A stretch of 32,000 bases of DNA from Vibrio vulnificus CMCP6 (lineage in GTDB: Bacteria > Pseudomonadota > Gammaproteobacteria > Enterobacterales > Vibrionaceae), in assembly GCF_000039765.1 (NCBI RefSeq), contig NC_004460.2, positions 420,001 to 452,000 on the forward strand. Direction: 5' to 3'. This document shows, one piece after another, positions 7,596-17,956 of this stretch. Position 1 is the stretch's first letter; each line of letters begins with the position of its first letter. The position numbers and the translations under genes are program-made. The notes below the pieces were generated by a model that saw only the letters and a list, made by a program, of their open reading frames with translations, did not search any database and had not been told where the DNA came from.

Positions 7596-7963
7596 CTCGT
7601 TCGCCAAGAAAGGGTTAATGGCCGTAACCTTAACCGAGAGCGCAAGTGATGACTAGCTCTAGATGCATACAAAAAGTGATGTTGATCAATTCGTTTAAAT
7701 ACAACAACTTGCATTAACACAAATTGTACATTTGGCAAAGTGTGCAAAATAAATGCAAGTGCACAATTTTATAAATCCCACCCCTACACAGTGTGATTTA
7801 GCTTCCGCACACCTATTAATGACATTCATATTATTTATGGATTTTTTATTATTAATGATGCCGAGCTACTAAGCGTTGTTGCTTAAAGTCACACCGTTAA
7901 AGCGACCACACTTCACGCAGGCAAACCCTTTTGAAGTCATACCGATAATAAGAGACATACCCT

Positions 7964-9364
7964 ATGAAACCGTCAAAATTCGTTTTTCTCTCTGCTGCCA
8001 TCGCTTGCAGCCTCTCCAGTACCGCCAATGCAGACGCCATTTTGCATGCATTTAACTGGAAGTACTCCGACGTCACGCAAAACGCCTCGCAAATCGCGGC
8101 GGCGGGTTATAAAAAAGTGCTGATTTCGCCAGCACTGAAATCGAGTGGCAATGAATGGTGGGCACGTTATCAACCGCAAGATCTGCGCGTGATCGATTCC
8201 CCACTTGGCAACAAAAGTGACTTAAAATCCATGATTGATGCTCTGAAGGCGGTCGGCGTTGATGTGTATGCCGATGTGGTGCTTAACCATATGGCCAATG
8301 AAACATGGAAGCGTGAAGACTTAAATTACCCTGGCAGTGAAGTGCTGCAACAATACGCAGCTAACACCAGTTATTATGCGGACCAAACGCTTTTTGGCAA
8401 TTTAACGGAAAACCTATTCTCGGGCTTTGACTTCCACCCAGAAGGCTGTATTAGCGATTGGAATGATGCCGGCAATGTTCAGTACTGGCGTCTTTGTGGC
8501 GGTGCTGGTGACCGAGGGCTGCCAGACTTAGATCCGAACAACTGGGTGGTGTCACAGCAACGTTTGTATTTGAATGCGCTAAAAGGTTTAGGTGTGAAAG
8601 GCTTCCGCATTGATGCGGTTAAACACATGAGCCAATATCAAATCGACCAGATTTTCACTGCAGAGATTACCGCCGGAATGCACGTATTTGGTGAAGTGAT
8701 CACCAGTGGTGGCAAAGGCGACTCCAGCTATGAGAATTTCTTAGCGCCTTATCTCAACGCCACCAACCATTCGGCTTACGATTTCCCACTGTTCGCCTCT
8801 ATTCGCAACGCCTTCTCCTACAGCGGTGGCATGAATATGCTTCATGATCCACAAGCCTATGGTCAAGGGCTAGAAAACGCACGTTCAATTACCTTTACCA
8901 TCACGCACGACATCCCAACGAACGACGGTTTCCGTTATCAAATCATGGATCCGAAAGATGAAGAGCTGGCTTACGCTTATATCCTCGGTAAAGATGGCGG
9001 TACGCCACTGATTTACAGCGACAACTTACCTGATAACGAAGATCGCGATAATCGCCGTTGGGAAGGTGTTTGGAACCGTGACCTGATGAAGAACATGTTG
9101 CGCTTCCATAACCAAATGCAAGGGCAAGAGATGACGATGCTGTACAGCGACCAGTGTCTACTGATGTTTAAGCGAGGTAAACAAGGGGTGGTCGGCATTA
9201 ATAAATGCGGTGAAGAGCGTTCTCATACCGTTGACACCTATCAGCATGAGTTCAACTGGTATCAGCCTTACACAGATACACTCACTGGCGTGACTGAAAC
9301 CGTGAGTTCGCGTTACCACACCTTCCGAATTCCAGCTCGCAGCGCGCGCATGTACATGCTCTAA
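7964..9364 (+). CDS. Secreted alpha-amylase, glycoside hydrolase family 13, 466 aa
   Basis: It has a signal peptide (..SSTANA/DA) and the four conserved GH13 regions: DVVLNHM, GFRIDAVKH, FGEVI and FTITHD. Confidence 0.9.
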   Translation: MKPSKFVFLSAAIACSLSSTANADAILHAFNWKYSDVTQNASQIAAAGYKKVLISPALKSSGNEWWARYQPQDLRVIDSPLGNKSDLKSMIDALKAVGVDVYADVVLNHMANETWKREDLNYPGSEVLQQYAANTSYYADQTLFGNLTENLFSGFDFHPEGCISDWNDAGNVQYWRLCGGAGDRGLPDLDPNNWVVSQQRLYLNALKGLGVKGFRIDAVKHMSQYQIDQIFTAEITAGMHVFGEVITSGGKGDSSYENFLAPYLNATNHSAYDFPLFASIRNAFSYSGGMNMLHDPQAYGQGLENARSITFTITHDIPTNDGFRYQIMDPKDEELAYAYILGKDGGTPLIYSDNLPDNEDRDNRRWEGVWNRDLMKNMLRFHNQMQGQEMTMLYSDQCLLMFKRGKQGVVGINKCGEERSHTVDTYQHEFNWYQPYTDTLTGVTETVSSRYHTFRIPARSARMYML

Positions 9365-9385
9365 ACGTAGAGCAAGTATGACACC

Positions 9386-9416
9386 AAAAAAATCGGCACC
9401 TGAGGTGCCGATTTTA
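9386..9416. terminator. Bidirectional intrinsic terminator between the convergent amylase and MCP genes
   Basis: AAAAAAATCGGCACC-TGA-GGTGCCGATTTT forms a 12-bp stem flanked by an A-run and a T-run. Confidence 0.65.
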
Positions 9417-9454
9417 TCATTACTATTCCAATCAATGGTTCTAGAAGCTCGAAG

Positions 9455-11344
9455 TTACAGCTTAAAGCGAGAAATCTCTCTATCCAAGTCGCCCGCAAGT
9501 GCATGCAGACGTTTGGCTTGTTCAACCGCGTCGATGGCGTCGTGTGCGAGTCGATCACTCACCTCACGCACCGACTCCGTGTTGCCATTGATATCGGCGG
9601 TCACCAGCGATTGCTCTTCAGCCGCCGACGCAATTTGCGTTGCCATATCGCTGATGGTTTGAATTGCTTCACCAATCGCAGTCAAACTCTCGCCCGTTAG
9701 ATTCACATCCGCAACACTGGTCTCGGCTAATTGATGACTTTGCTTCATCACAGACACCGCGTCGTTTGTGGCTTTTTGCAGCCCTTGAATCTTGCTTTGG
9801 ATCTCTTCTGTTGAGGCATGAGTACGTTGAGACAGAACACGAACTTCATCAGCAACCACCGCAAAACCGCGGCCTTGTTCACCAGCACGCGCCGCTTCAA
9901 TCGCCGCATTCAGCGCCAACAAGTTGGTCTGTTCTGCAATGTCTCTAATCGTTGCAAGAATGGTCGAGATTTGCTGACCATGCGCTTCCAGCTCACCAAT
10001 AATTTCGACTGCATTGTTGAGCTCACTCGCCAATGAGTGGATAGAATCTTGGCTCTTGGTCATTTGTTGGAAACCATGCTGACTCAGTTCCACCGACTGG
10101 TTGGCATTCTTCGCGGTGTTGTCTGCGTTGCCTGCAATTTCCGCCGTCGCTGACGCCATTTCCGTTACCGCGGTGGCCACCATCGTAATTTCATCTTGCT
10201 GCTGGCGAATGCTGTTGCTGCGCTGGGTTGCGGTACGCGCTGCTTCGTCAGCTCCGAGGTTCAATGCGCCAGAAACGTCGCGCACGTTTTTCACCATCAC
10301 ATGCAAGCGGTCGACGAACTTGTTGAACTTCTCAGCCAGTTGGCCTACTTCGTCTTGGCTGGTCACTTGCAAACGACGGGTTAAGTCGCCATCACCTTCG
10401 GCAATATCCGCCAACGCTTCGCTAACACGCCCCAGTTCGATCAACTGTCTTGCGACAAACCAAGAGGTTGCAGCGGCCATGATCACCAAGACCAACAAAC
10501 CGATTAACGCCTGACTAAACAGCATGTCCGTAATCGGCTCTTCAAGTGTGGCTTTGTCCATCTCCATCACAAGTAACCAGTCTGTGTACTCGATCGGCTG
10601 CGCCATGATCACTTTCTCAGCACCATTCACTGTCGCGTAGATGGCGGTATCGCTGTCTGCCGCTTGAATCAGTTGGGTAATATTCAGCTCAGAAGCGATC
10701 TCATGGATGGGTTTCAGCAGCACATCTTTATTTGGGTGTGCCACGATCGCCCCCTTACGGTTGACCAGAATGGCCTGACCATTCCCTGGCACTTGAATCG
10801 CTAGCACGTCTTTGATCAATTTATCCAACGCAAGGTTGGATGCCGCTACACCAATTAACTTGCCGTTTTGACGCACTGGATCTGTCAAAGTAACGACCAA
10901 AGTTTGCATGGTCACACTGACATAAGGCGCAGTGGTAATCGCGCGATCTTCCGCTTTTGCTTCTTTGTACCAACCACGAGCACGCGGGTCGTAACCGGGT
11001 TTGTTTAGCGAAGGATCATGACGGAACATTTCACCTTGTTCGTTACCGTAGTAGCTTAAGCCAAAGCCGCCAGCGATAAGGGTTTGGCGCAGGTGAGGCA
11101 CAATGTCCAGATTTGGGTTACGTTCAATCTCTTCTCTTAAACCTTTCACCGCCAATTGCTTGTCGTGAAACCAATCGGCAATGCCTTTGGCATGCGCTTC
11201 AAGCGTGTTGCGACTCTCGCTTTCAATCGCACGCCAGCTGTGAGTGTTAAACGTTTTGTATCCGACGAATAGTAAAGTGGCAGATGTGATTGCAATAGCC
11301 AAAACAACCGAGGAAACCATCTTCCTCTTCAAACTAAATTGCAT
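9455..11344 (-). CDS. Methyl-accepting chemotaxis protein with a dCache-type periplasmic sensor, 629 aa
   Basis: It has an N-terminal TM segment, a roughly 250-aa periplasmic domain, a second TM segment, a HAMP domain, and the signalling hairpin [32 protein letters not shown]. Confidence 0.9.
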   Translation of the reverse strand: MQFSLKRKMVSSVVLAIAITSATLLFVGYKTFNTHSWRAIESESRNTLEAHAKGIADWFHDKQLAVKGLREEIERNPNLDIVPHLRQTLIAGGFGLSYYGNEQGEMFRHDPSLNKPGYDPRARGWYKEAKAEDRAITTAPYVSVTMQTLVVTLTDPVRQNGKLIGVAASNLALDKLIKDVLAIQVPGNGQAILVNRKGAIVAHPNKDVLLKPIHEIASELNITQLIQAADSDTAIYATVNGAEKVIMAQPIEYTDWLLVMEMDKATLEEPITDMLFSQALIGLLVLVIMAAATSWFVARQLIELGRVSEALADIAEGDGDLTRRLQVTSQDEVGQLAEKFNKFVDRLHVMVKNVRDVSGALNLGADEAARTATQRSNSIRQQQDEITMVATAVTEMASATAEIAGNADNTAKNANQSVELSQHGFQQMTKSQDSIHSLASELNNAVEIIGELEAHGQQISTILATIRDIAEQTNLLALNAAIEAARAGEQGRGFAVVADEVRVLSQRTHASTEEIQSKIQGLQKATNDAVSVMKQSHQLAETSVADVNLTGESLTAIGEAIQTISDMATQIASAAEEQSLVTADINGNTESVREVSDRLAHDAIDAVEQAKRLHALAGDLDREISRFKL

Positions 11345-11477
11345 AATTGACTCTCATTGTAGTTATAAACATTGTTGAATAACTGAGAATATACGTTTCG
11401 CTTTACAAATTTCTGGGTTTTAACTCTAAATTTATACTCAACCAGTTTGATTGATTTATCACTGTGTGATCTTGCTT

Positions 11478-11505
11478 CAAAACAACGGCGTCCGAAGACG
11501 CCGTT
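11478..11505 (-). terminator. Hairpin terminator after the second MCP gene
   Basis: AACGGCGUC-UUCG-GACGCCGUU is followed on the - strand by GUUUUG. The + strand side has TTATTTCTT, so it may act bidirectionally. Confidence 0.5.
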
Positions 11506-11540
11506 TTATTTCTTAAACATACTCTTTTAAGAACAAATAG

Positions 11541-13427
11541 TTATGACAACTTAAACGTGGCTACTTTCGCGCTGAGTTCCTCTGCTTGCTCTTTTAGCTG
11601 GTTCGACTCCACGGAGCTGTCTTGCGAGCTGACCACCAACTGATCGGCCACATCTTTGATCGACGTGATGTTTTGGGTGATCTCGCTGGTCACATGGGTT
11701 TGCTCTTCAGCCGCAGTGGCAATCTGCGTCGCCATGTCGCTAATGAGTGTGACCGCTGTGTTGATTTCTTCCAATGCCTGCGTCGCTTTATCCGCATCAG
11801 CAACTGAGTTGCCGGCTAACTTCGAGCTGTTTTCCATCAAGTTCACTGCACGATGCGTAATTTGTTGTAAGGCATCGATGGTGGATTTGATCTCTTCTGT
11901 CGAAGAATGAGTACGCTGCGACAACACACGCACTTCATCCGCCACGACCGCAAAGCCACGCCCTTGCTCCCCGGCTCGAGCCGCTTCAATCGCCGCGTTC
12001 AATGCCAACAAGTTGGTTTGTTCCGCAATGCCTTGAATCGTGGCAAGTACGGTCGAAATTTCCTGAGCATGACGATTAAGATCCGAAATCACGTTGCTCG
12101 CTTGGTCCAATTCGCTCGCTAGGCTATTGATCGAAGACTTGGTATGCAACACCAAGGCATGGCCATCGTTGGTGCTGGCAGCAGAATCCTGTGCTGCACG
12201 CGCAGTTTGCTCCGCATGCGATGCGATTTCTTGCGTGGCACTGGCCAGTTCAGTCACCGCCGTCGCAACCATGGTGATTTCTTGTTGTTGGTGATGAATT
12301 TCGTTCACTGCACTGTTTGCTCGATAAGTGCTTTTATCCGACTGTTGAGTAAGCTGATGAGACTGCTCGCGAATGTGGCCAATCAGTTGCTGTAAACTCG
12401 CGACAAATGTATTGAAATTATGAGCCAATTTACCCACTTCATCGTCGCTTTCAACCACAATACGTTGCGTTAAATCGCCACTGCCGTTGGCGATCTGTTC
12501 AAGCGCAACAGACACGTTATTGAGTGGACGGAACAGCAAATTACATAACATATTGAACAGTAGCGTACACACAATCACCACCACCGCGGTGACCAGAATT
12601 TGGCCGATGACAGCATCAAACAACGGCTCAACCAACGAGTTGTAATTGATAACACTCACGGTCGTCAGTTGCGTGCCTTCTATCGCTTTTGCATACACCA
12701 CGGATTTTTCACCAAAGACATCCACATAGATATCTTTGCCGTCTCGCGCAGCTTGGGTGATGTCATTAAACTTCAAGCCAAGTTGACTGACCGATTGATT
12801 CAGCAATTTGGTATCGGAGTGGGTAAACACATTGCCTTGCTGGTTGGCAATGAACATATAACCTTCACCAGGTAAGATTACCTTAGCCATACTGTTAAGA
12901 ATGTCGGTGATTTCCACATCCGCGCCCAATACCACTTGCTGACCATGCAATGAAAGAGCTTTACCTAATGAGACCACATTTGCCCCGGTTGCCGCGGCGA
13001 CAGTTGGGTTATCCATAAAGACTTTAGCTGGATTCGCCATGGCGTTTTTATACCAACCCCATTGGCGAGGATCATCGTTCCCCGGCGGTAAAACCACACC
13101 ATTCGCGTTGTCTTGCGCACCATCTGGGTAGGCGAGAAAGACATTGTCAAAACTGGCCGAATCTTTCACCTGTTTTAAATGAGTCACAATGGACTGTTTG
13201 TCGACTTCAGAGGATAGCGCCGTTAACGCTCGCTCTTTTGACAGTAGCCAGTCCGTTACATATTGATTGTATGACGCGGTGGTACTGGTCAAGCGCTGTT
13301 GTACCTCGACTTCCAACCGATTTAGCGAAGCGTTAAATGATAGCGCTTCAACCAAAAGTCCCCCGACAATAATGGCAGCGCTCGCTGAAACAGCGAGTTT
13401 GTTTTTTAAAGAAAGTTTTCTAAGCAT
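11541..13427 (-). CDS. Methyl-accepting chemotaxis protein with a dCache-type periplasmic sensor, 628 aa
   Basis: It has the same architecture and signalling motif as the neighbouring MCP. The sensor domains are clearly different in sequence. Confidence 0.9.
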   Translation of the reverse strand: MLRKLSLKNKLAVSASAAIIVGGLLVEALSFNASLNRLEVEVQQRLTSTTASYNQYVTDWLLSKERALTALSSEVDKQSIVTHLKQVKDSASFDNVFLAYPDGAQDNANGVVLPPGNDDPRQWGWYKNAMANPAKVFMDNPTVAAATGANVVSLGKALSLHGQQVVLGADVEITDILNSMAKVILPGEGYMFIANQQGNVFTHSDTKLLNQSVSQLGLKFNDITQAARDGKDIYVDVFGEKSVVYAKAIEGTQLTTVSVINYNSLVEPLFDAVIGQILVTAVVVIVCTLLFNMLCNLLFRPLNNVSVALEQIANGSGDLTQRIVVESDDEVGKLAHNFNTFVASLQQLIGHIREQSHQLTQQSDKSTYRANSAVNEIHHQQQEITMVATAVTELASATQEIASHAEQTARAAQDSAASTNDGHALVLHTKSSINSLASELDQASNVISDLNRHAQEISTVLATIQGIAEQTNLLALNAAIEAARAGEQGRGFAVVADEVRVLSQRTHSSTEEIKSTIDALQQITHRAVNLMENSSKLAGNSVADADKATQALEEINTAVTLISDMATQIATAAEEQTHVTSEITQNITSIKDVADQLVVSSQDSSVESNQLKEQAEELSAKVATFKLS

Positions 13428-14199
13428 TGTAATCCTGCTCTTTGTTATTGATTTAGCTCAACACCTGTCACCGCCCTCACACAAAAGTGATTGGGTATCC
13501 TCGATGCCAGTGTTCCCGCACATTATAAATTCGAAGCTAAAAATAAATCATGACCAAGCTCTTAACTTTCAACATCCAACGTTCAACATCCAATCACTAT
13601 ACCCGTAAATTTTTCCTGAGGACTTAAGAGAGTTAAAACATACCAAAAATAGCGAAATAACAACCAAAACCTATTTCGATTTTTCATTGAATAAAAACAA
13701 ACTTATTTTAGAGCAATAATTCTAAAATAAATTTCTGCATTAAATAATTTAGTGATGACAAATATGAATAAATAGATTTCATTTTTATCAATTTAAAAAT
13801 TCAAGCCAATAATTAAGAAAGAGTTAAATTAAAAATAACTAATTAACCACCCTCTTTTTTAGTCAAATCTTACACATAAAAAGCCAAAACAAAAATAACA
13901 TAAAAACAATAAGATAAAATAACAACGTCCACATTAATCAATAAATTAAATTTAGAGCAAGCTTATATTAGATCACTTTTAAAACAATAACAGATCAGAT
14001 ATTAATCTGTTGATTTTGTGATAATGAGCCAAAAAATACTTTTATTTTATTTATATGAAATATTTTCAGGATTATTAATAAATAGCCAACAGGATTTTGG
14101 TGCATATCTATTCTCAAGGACGAACCAAACAATCTCCATACAAATATTAATGTTATGGAGAAAATAACAATAATAACCCTTACTCGTAATGAGGAATCT
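13428..14199. promoter_or_regulatory. About 770-bp extremely AT-rich divergent control region (MCP promoter leftward, vvhBA promoter rightward)
   Basis: Long A/T runs with almost no G/C over several hundred bp. It contains a tandem 12-bp direct repeat (13568-13593), a perfect 10-bp inverted repeat (13703-13730), a 7-bp inverted repeat (13989-14011) and a GATAATGA Fur-box-like half (14020-14027). Confidence 0.5.
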
Positions 14200-14706
14200 A
14201 TGCTTAATAACAAAAATAGAAATGTAGGACGCCTTACCGTACTCTGCTGTTTGTTTGCGGCGAATACTTTTGCTGATGTTCAAATTTTGGGCAGCGAAAG
14301 TGAGCTTTCACAAACCATTGCCGATCAGTACCAACAAAATGTCACGCTGTTTAACGGCCAGCTAAACAGTAATGATGTGTTGTATGTCAATGTAGGAACA
14401 GCAACAGATGATGAAATCACTCAAGCAAAAAGTCATATCATCTCCGGTAGCACCGTGGTGATTGATTTGACTCAAATTGCTGGTGACGACGCAAGGCTTG
14501 ATTGGAGCCAAAAACTCACTGGTTTAGGACTGTCAGCGCCTGTTGTGGTTACGGGGGTTTATCAAGGCGACGCCTTAGTCAATGCGATTGTCAGCGATGT
14601 CACCGACGAGAATGACAACCCAATCAACGATCCCCAAGCCGAGTTAGAGAGCGTTAAACTTTCTCTCACTCATGCCCTAGACCGCTTCCAATCTGAGGGA
14701 AAATAA
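14200..14706 (+). CDS. vvhB: VvhB, the small secreted accessory protein encoded upstream of the cytolysin, 168 aa
   Basis: It sits 1 nt upstream of vvhA, as I recall for the vvhBA operon. Start set at 14200 (MLNNKNRNVGRLTVLCCLFAANTFA/DV gives a signal peptide, and GAGGAA lies 4 nt upstream). The track start at 14155 adds 15 residues in AT-rich DNA. Confidence 0.75.
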   Translation: MLNNKNRNVGRLTVLCCLFAANTFADVQILGSESELSQTIADQYQQNVTLFNGQLNSNDVLYVNVGTATDDEITQAKSHIISGSTVVIDLTQIAGDDARLDWSQKLTGLGLSAPVVVTGVYQGDALVNAIVSDVTDENDNPINDPQAELESVKLSLTHALDRFQSEGK

Positions 14707-14707
14707 G

Positions 14708-16123
14708 ATGAAAAAAATGACTCTGTTTACCCTTTCTCTTTTAGCTACCGCGGTACAGGTTGGCGCACAAGAATATGTGCCGATTGTTGAGAAACCTATT
14801 TATATCACCAGCTCAAAAATTAAGTGTGTGTTGCACACAAGCGGTGATTTCAACGCCACACGAGACTGGTGTAATGCGGGTGCTTCCATCGATGTTCGCG
14901 TCAATGTGGCACAAATGCGCTCGGTACAATCGGCAACGTCAGATGGTTTTACTCCTGACGCCAAAATTGTCCGTTTCACCGTCGATGCCGACAAGCCTGG
15001 CACGGGTATTCATTTGGTTAACGAGCTTCAGCAAGATCACAGCTGGTTCCAGAGCTGGGCAAACCGCCGCACTTACATTGGTCCATTCGCCAGCAGTTAC
15101 GACCTTTGGGTGAAACCGGTTTCGGGTTACACACCGAAAAAAGCCCGTGACCTACCGCAGAATGAGAACAAAAACTACCAACACCGCGATACTTACGGTT
15201 ACTCCATCGGTATTAACGGTAAAGTGGGCGCGGAAGTGAACAAAGACGGCCCGAAAGTGGGCGGCGAAGTCAGTGGCTCATTTACCTACAACTACTCGAA
15301 GACCTTGGTGTTTGATACAAAAGACTATCGCATCAACAACCGTTCATCACTGAGTGATTTTGATATTTCATTCGAGCGTGAGTTTGGTGAGTGTGATGAA
15401 CTGCGCCGCCAAGAGCTTGGGTGCTATTTCACCGCCGCTCACTGGGGCAGTGGTTGGGTATTTGATAAGACGAAGTTCAACCCTATCTCTTATTCCAACT
15501 TCAAACCGAACTATGACGTTTTGTACGAAGCGCCCGTGTCTGAAACTGGCGTAACGGATTTTGAGATGGGCGTGAAACTCAACTATCGTGCACGCTTTGG
15601 TACCGTTCTTCCTTCTGCGCTGTTTTCGGTTTACGGCTCTGCGGGCTCGTCAACCAACAGCAGTACTGTGAAACAACGTATTCGCATCGACTGGAATCAC
15701 CCACTGTTTGAAGCGGAAGCACACGTTACACTACAGTCACTGAGCAACAACGATCTCTGCCTAGATGTTTATGGTGAGAACGGTGACAAAACGGTTGCGG
15801 GTGGTTCGGTTAACGGCTGGAGCTGTCACGGCAGTTGGAACCAAGTTTGGGGCCTAGATAAAGAAGAACGTTATCGTAGCCGAGTGGCATCCGATCGTTG
15901 TTTGACCGTAAACGCAGACAAAACGCTCACAGTCGAACAGTGTGGTGCGAACTTAGCACAGAAATGGTATTGGGAAGGCGATAAGCTCATTAGCCGCTAT
16001 GTTGATGGCAACAATACTCGCTACCTTCTAAACATTGTCGGTGGTCGTAATGTTCAAGTGACCCCTGAAAATGAAGCAAATCAGGCACGTTGGAAACCCA
16101 CATTACAACAAGTCAAACTCTAG
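14708..16123 (+). CDS. vvhA: VvhA cytolysin/haemolysin: a beta-pore-forming toxin core plus a C-terminal ricin-type beta-trefoil lectin domain, 471 aa
   Basis: I recognise the sequence as V. vulnificus cytolysin (MKKMTLFTLSLLATAVQVGAQEYVPIVEKPIYITSSK...). The Gly/Ser-rich pre-stem is GINGKVGAEVNKDGPKVGGEVSGSFTYNYS. The C-terminus has three QxW-like repeats (NQVW, AQKW, QARW). Confidence 0.93.
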   Translation: MKKMTLFTLSLLATAVQVGAQEYVPIVEKPIYITSSKIKCVLHTSGDFNATRDWCNAGASIDVRVNVAQMRSVQSATSDGFTPDAKIVRFTVDADKPGTGIHLVNELQQDHSWFQSWANRRTYIGPFASSYDLWVKPVSGYTPKKARDLPQNENKNYQHRDTYGYSIGINGKVGAEVNKDGPKVGGEVSGSFTYNYSKTLVFDTKDYRINNRSSLSDFDISFEREFGECDELRRQELGCYFTAAHWGSGWVFDKTKFNPISYSNFKPNYDVLYEAPVSETGVTDFEMGVKLNYRARFGTVLPSALFSVYGSAGSSTNSSTVKQRIRIDWNHPLFEAEAHVTLQSLSNNDLCLDVYGENGDKTVAGGSVNGWSCHGSWNQVWGLDKEERYRSRVASDRCLTVNADKTLTVEQCGANLAQKWYWEGDKLISRYVDGNNTRYLLNIVGGRNVQVTPENEANQARWKPTLQQVKL

Positions 16124-16146
16124 GCTCTGTTGCCTTAGCGATAACC

Positions 16147-16180
16147 AAACGCTCCCCGTATATTAGGGAGCGTTTTTCTT
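16147..16180 (+). terminator. Intrinsic terminator after vvhA
   Basis: AAACGCTCCC-CGTATATTA-GGGAGCGTTT forms a 10-bp stem followed by TTCTTTATT. Confidence 0.75.
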
Positions 16181-16401
16181 TATTCGCCATCTATTCGTCA
16201 TCTACTTTCCTTCTTTTTTATCCCGAGCTACGTGATTGAGTTTGTTTCCTTCTCTACGGTCTAGCCAGTGACCTTTTACTTTCGTTTGCTCATTTATCAA
16301 TCAATTTGTCTCTTTTTTGGATTTTCGAACTTTGTTGAAAGTGAGATCAGCAATCCATAACCTCAAGTTAATACTCTATTTTGTAAATTAATTAATTGAA
16401 A

Positions 16402-16417
16402 TGTAACATTTCTCACA
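16402..16417. promoter_or_regulatory. CRP-binding site candidate upstream of glpT
   Basis: TGTAA-CATTTC-TCACA matches 9 of 10 positions of TGTGA-N6-TCACA, 150 bp upstream of the glpT ATG. E. coli glpT is CRP-activated. Confidence 0.45.
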
Positions 16418-16450
16418 GAAATTACTTTCATAGAATACGAAAATTCCCAC

Positions 16451-16482
16451 GCTTTCGAACGAAACCGTTTGCTCGTTCGCAC
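16451..16482. promoter_or_regulatory. TTCGAAC/CGAACGA repeats, candidate GlpR operator(s)
   Basis: Present are TTTCGAACGAAA (16453-16464), the inverted repeat CGAACGA-N11-TCGTTCG (16456-16480), and another TTTTCGAAC at 16322-16330. The E. coli GlpR half-site contains TTCGA/TCGAA. Confidence 0.3.
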
Positions 16483-16566
16483 ACTAACGAAATGAGTTCC
16501 TGATTACCCTACACCTTACTTCGGGCTCCTTTCGATACCATCGCAAAATACAATAAGAGGCTTTCC

Positions 16567-17943
16567 ATGTTTGGTATATTCAAACCTAAGGCGCATATCG
16601 ATCGCGTTTCCAGCGACTCGCTCGACAGCACCTACTCACGTCTACGCTGGCAATTGTTCATCGGTATTTTCGTCGGCTACGCTGGCTACTACCTTGTCCG
16701 TAAGAACTTTAGTTTGGCGATGCCCTACCTGATTGAGCAAGGCTTTAGCCGGGGCGATCTTGGTGTGGCTTTGGCCGCCGTCTCCATTGCTTATGGTCTG
16801 TCTAAGTTTCTAATGGGCAGCGTCTCTGACCGTTCTGATCCTCGCTATTTCTTAAGTGCGGGTTTGGTGATGTCTTCCTTGGTCATGTTCTGCTTCGGCT
16901 TTATGCCATGGGCAACTGGCAGCATCACGGCAATGTTTATCTTGCTGTTCCTCAACGGATGGTTCCAAGGTATGGGTTGGCCTGCGTGTGGGCGCACCAT
17001 GGTGCACTGGTGGTCACGTAAAGAGCGTGGTGAGATCGTTTCAGTGTGGAACGTGGCACACAACGTCGGTGGTGGCTTGATTGGTCCTATCTTCCTATTT
17101 GGTTTGTGGATGTTTAATGATGACTGGCGCACTGCGTTTTATGTGCCGGCATTTTTCGCCATGATCGTCGCAGTATTCATCTGGCTCACCGTGCGTGATA
17201 CTCCACAATCCTGTGGCCTACCGCCAATTGAAGAGTACAAAAACGACTACCCAGATGATTACAACACGTCTCATGAAACAGAGATGACCGCAAAAGAAAT
17301 TTTCTTTAAGTATGTATTTTCAAACAAACTTTTGTGGTCGATAGCTATTGCTAATGCTTTCGTTTATTTGATTCGTTACGGTGTATTGGACTGGGCGCCA
17401 GTGTACTTAAAAGAAGCGAAAGAGTTCACGGTAGATAAATCATCTTGGGCTTACTTCCTATACGAATGGGCGGGTATTCCAGGCACGCTATTGTGTGGTT
17501 GGATTTCAGATAAACTGTTCAAAGGCCGCCGCGCACCAGCTGGCATCCTATTTATGTTCCTTGTCACTCTGGCGGTTCTTGTTTACTGGTTTAACCCAGC
17601 GGGCAACCCAGGTATTGATATGGCGGCGCTGGTAGCAATCGGCTTCCTGATCTACGGTCCTGTCATGCTTATCGGCCTTTATGCGCTTGAGCTTGCTCCG
17701 AAGAAAGCGGCAGGTACAGCAGCAGGTTTGACTGGTCTATTTGGTTACCTAGGGGGGGCCGTGGCAGCCAACGCGGTATTAGGTTACACCGTAGACCATT
17801 TCGGCTGGGATGGCGGCTTCATTATTCTGGTTGGTTCTTGTATCACTTCTATCGTTTGTTTGACTTACGCATTGCTGGGTGAAAAAGCCCATCATGATGC
17901 CAAACAAAAAGAGAAGGAAAAAGAACAAGAAGCCATCGCGTAA
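16567..17943 (+). CDS. glpT: Glycerol-3-phosphate transporter (MFS, organophosphate:Pi antiporter), 458 aa
   Basis: It is near-colinear with my memory of E. coli GlpT: [57 protein letters not shown] and [23 protein letters not shown]. Confidence 0.93.
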   Translation: MFGIFKPKAHIDRVSSDSLDSTYSRLRWQLFIGIFVGYAGYYLVRKNFSLAMPYLIEQGFSRGDLGVALAAVSIAYGLSKFLMGSVSDRSDPRYFLSAGLVMSSLVMFCFGFMPWATGSITAMFILLFLNGWFQGMGWPACGRTMVHWWSRKERGEIVSVWNVAHNVGGGLIGPIFLFGLWMFNDDWRTAFYVPAFFAMIVAVFIWLTVRDTPQSCGLPPIEEYKNDYPDDYNTSHETEMTAKEIFFKYVFSNKLLWSIAIANAFVYLIRYGVLDWAPVYLKEAKEFTVDKSSWAYFLYEWAGIPGTLLCGWISDKLFKGRRAPAGILFMFLVTLAVLVYWFNPAGNPGIDMAALVAIGFLIYGPVMLIGLYALELAPKKAAGTAAGLTGLFGYLGGAVAANAVLGYTVDHFGWDGGFIILVGSCITSIVCLTYALLGEKAHHDAKQKEKEKEQEAIA

Positions 17944-17956
17944 CTGAACTTCCTCA

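Noticed and set aside
7792-7811. TGTGATTTAGCTTCCGCACA upstream of the amylase gene as a CRP site
   Set aside because: The TGTG and CACA halves are 12 nt apart instead of 8, and the right half does not read TCACA at the correct register.
9818-12122. Conserved antisense ORFs inside both MCP genes (9818-10036 and 11907-12122, both starting MSTLRQ.T.FI)
   Set aside because: They lie antisense to the most conserved part of the MCP signalling domain. Their similarity is a by-product of conservation on the coding strand. They have no RBS and an Arg/Asn-rich junk composition.
9455-13427. The two adjacent MCP genes as a recent tandem duplication or gene-conversion pair
   Set aside because: Nucleotide similarity is confined to the universally conserved signalling-hairpin region, roughly three-quarters identical by eye over about 150 nt. 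The sensor domains and most of the remaining sequence differ, so these are ordinary paralogues.
13995-14283. - strand track ORFs (72 and 78 aa) in front of and overlapping vvhB
   Set aside because: They are Ile/Asn/Lys/Phe-rich translations of extremely AT-rich DNA and overlap the vvhB start and promoter. They have no RBS.
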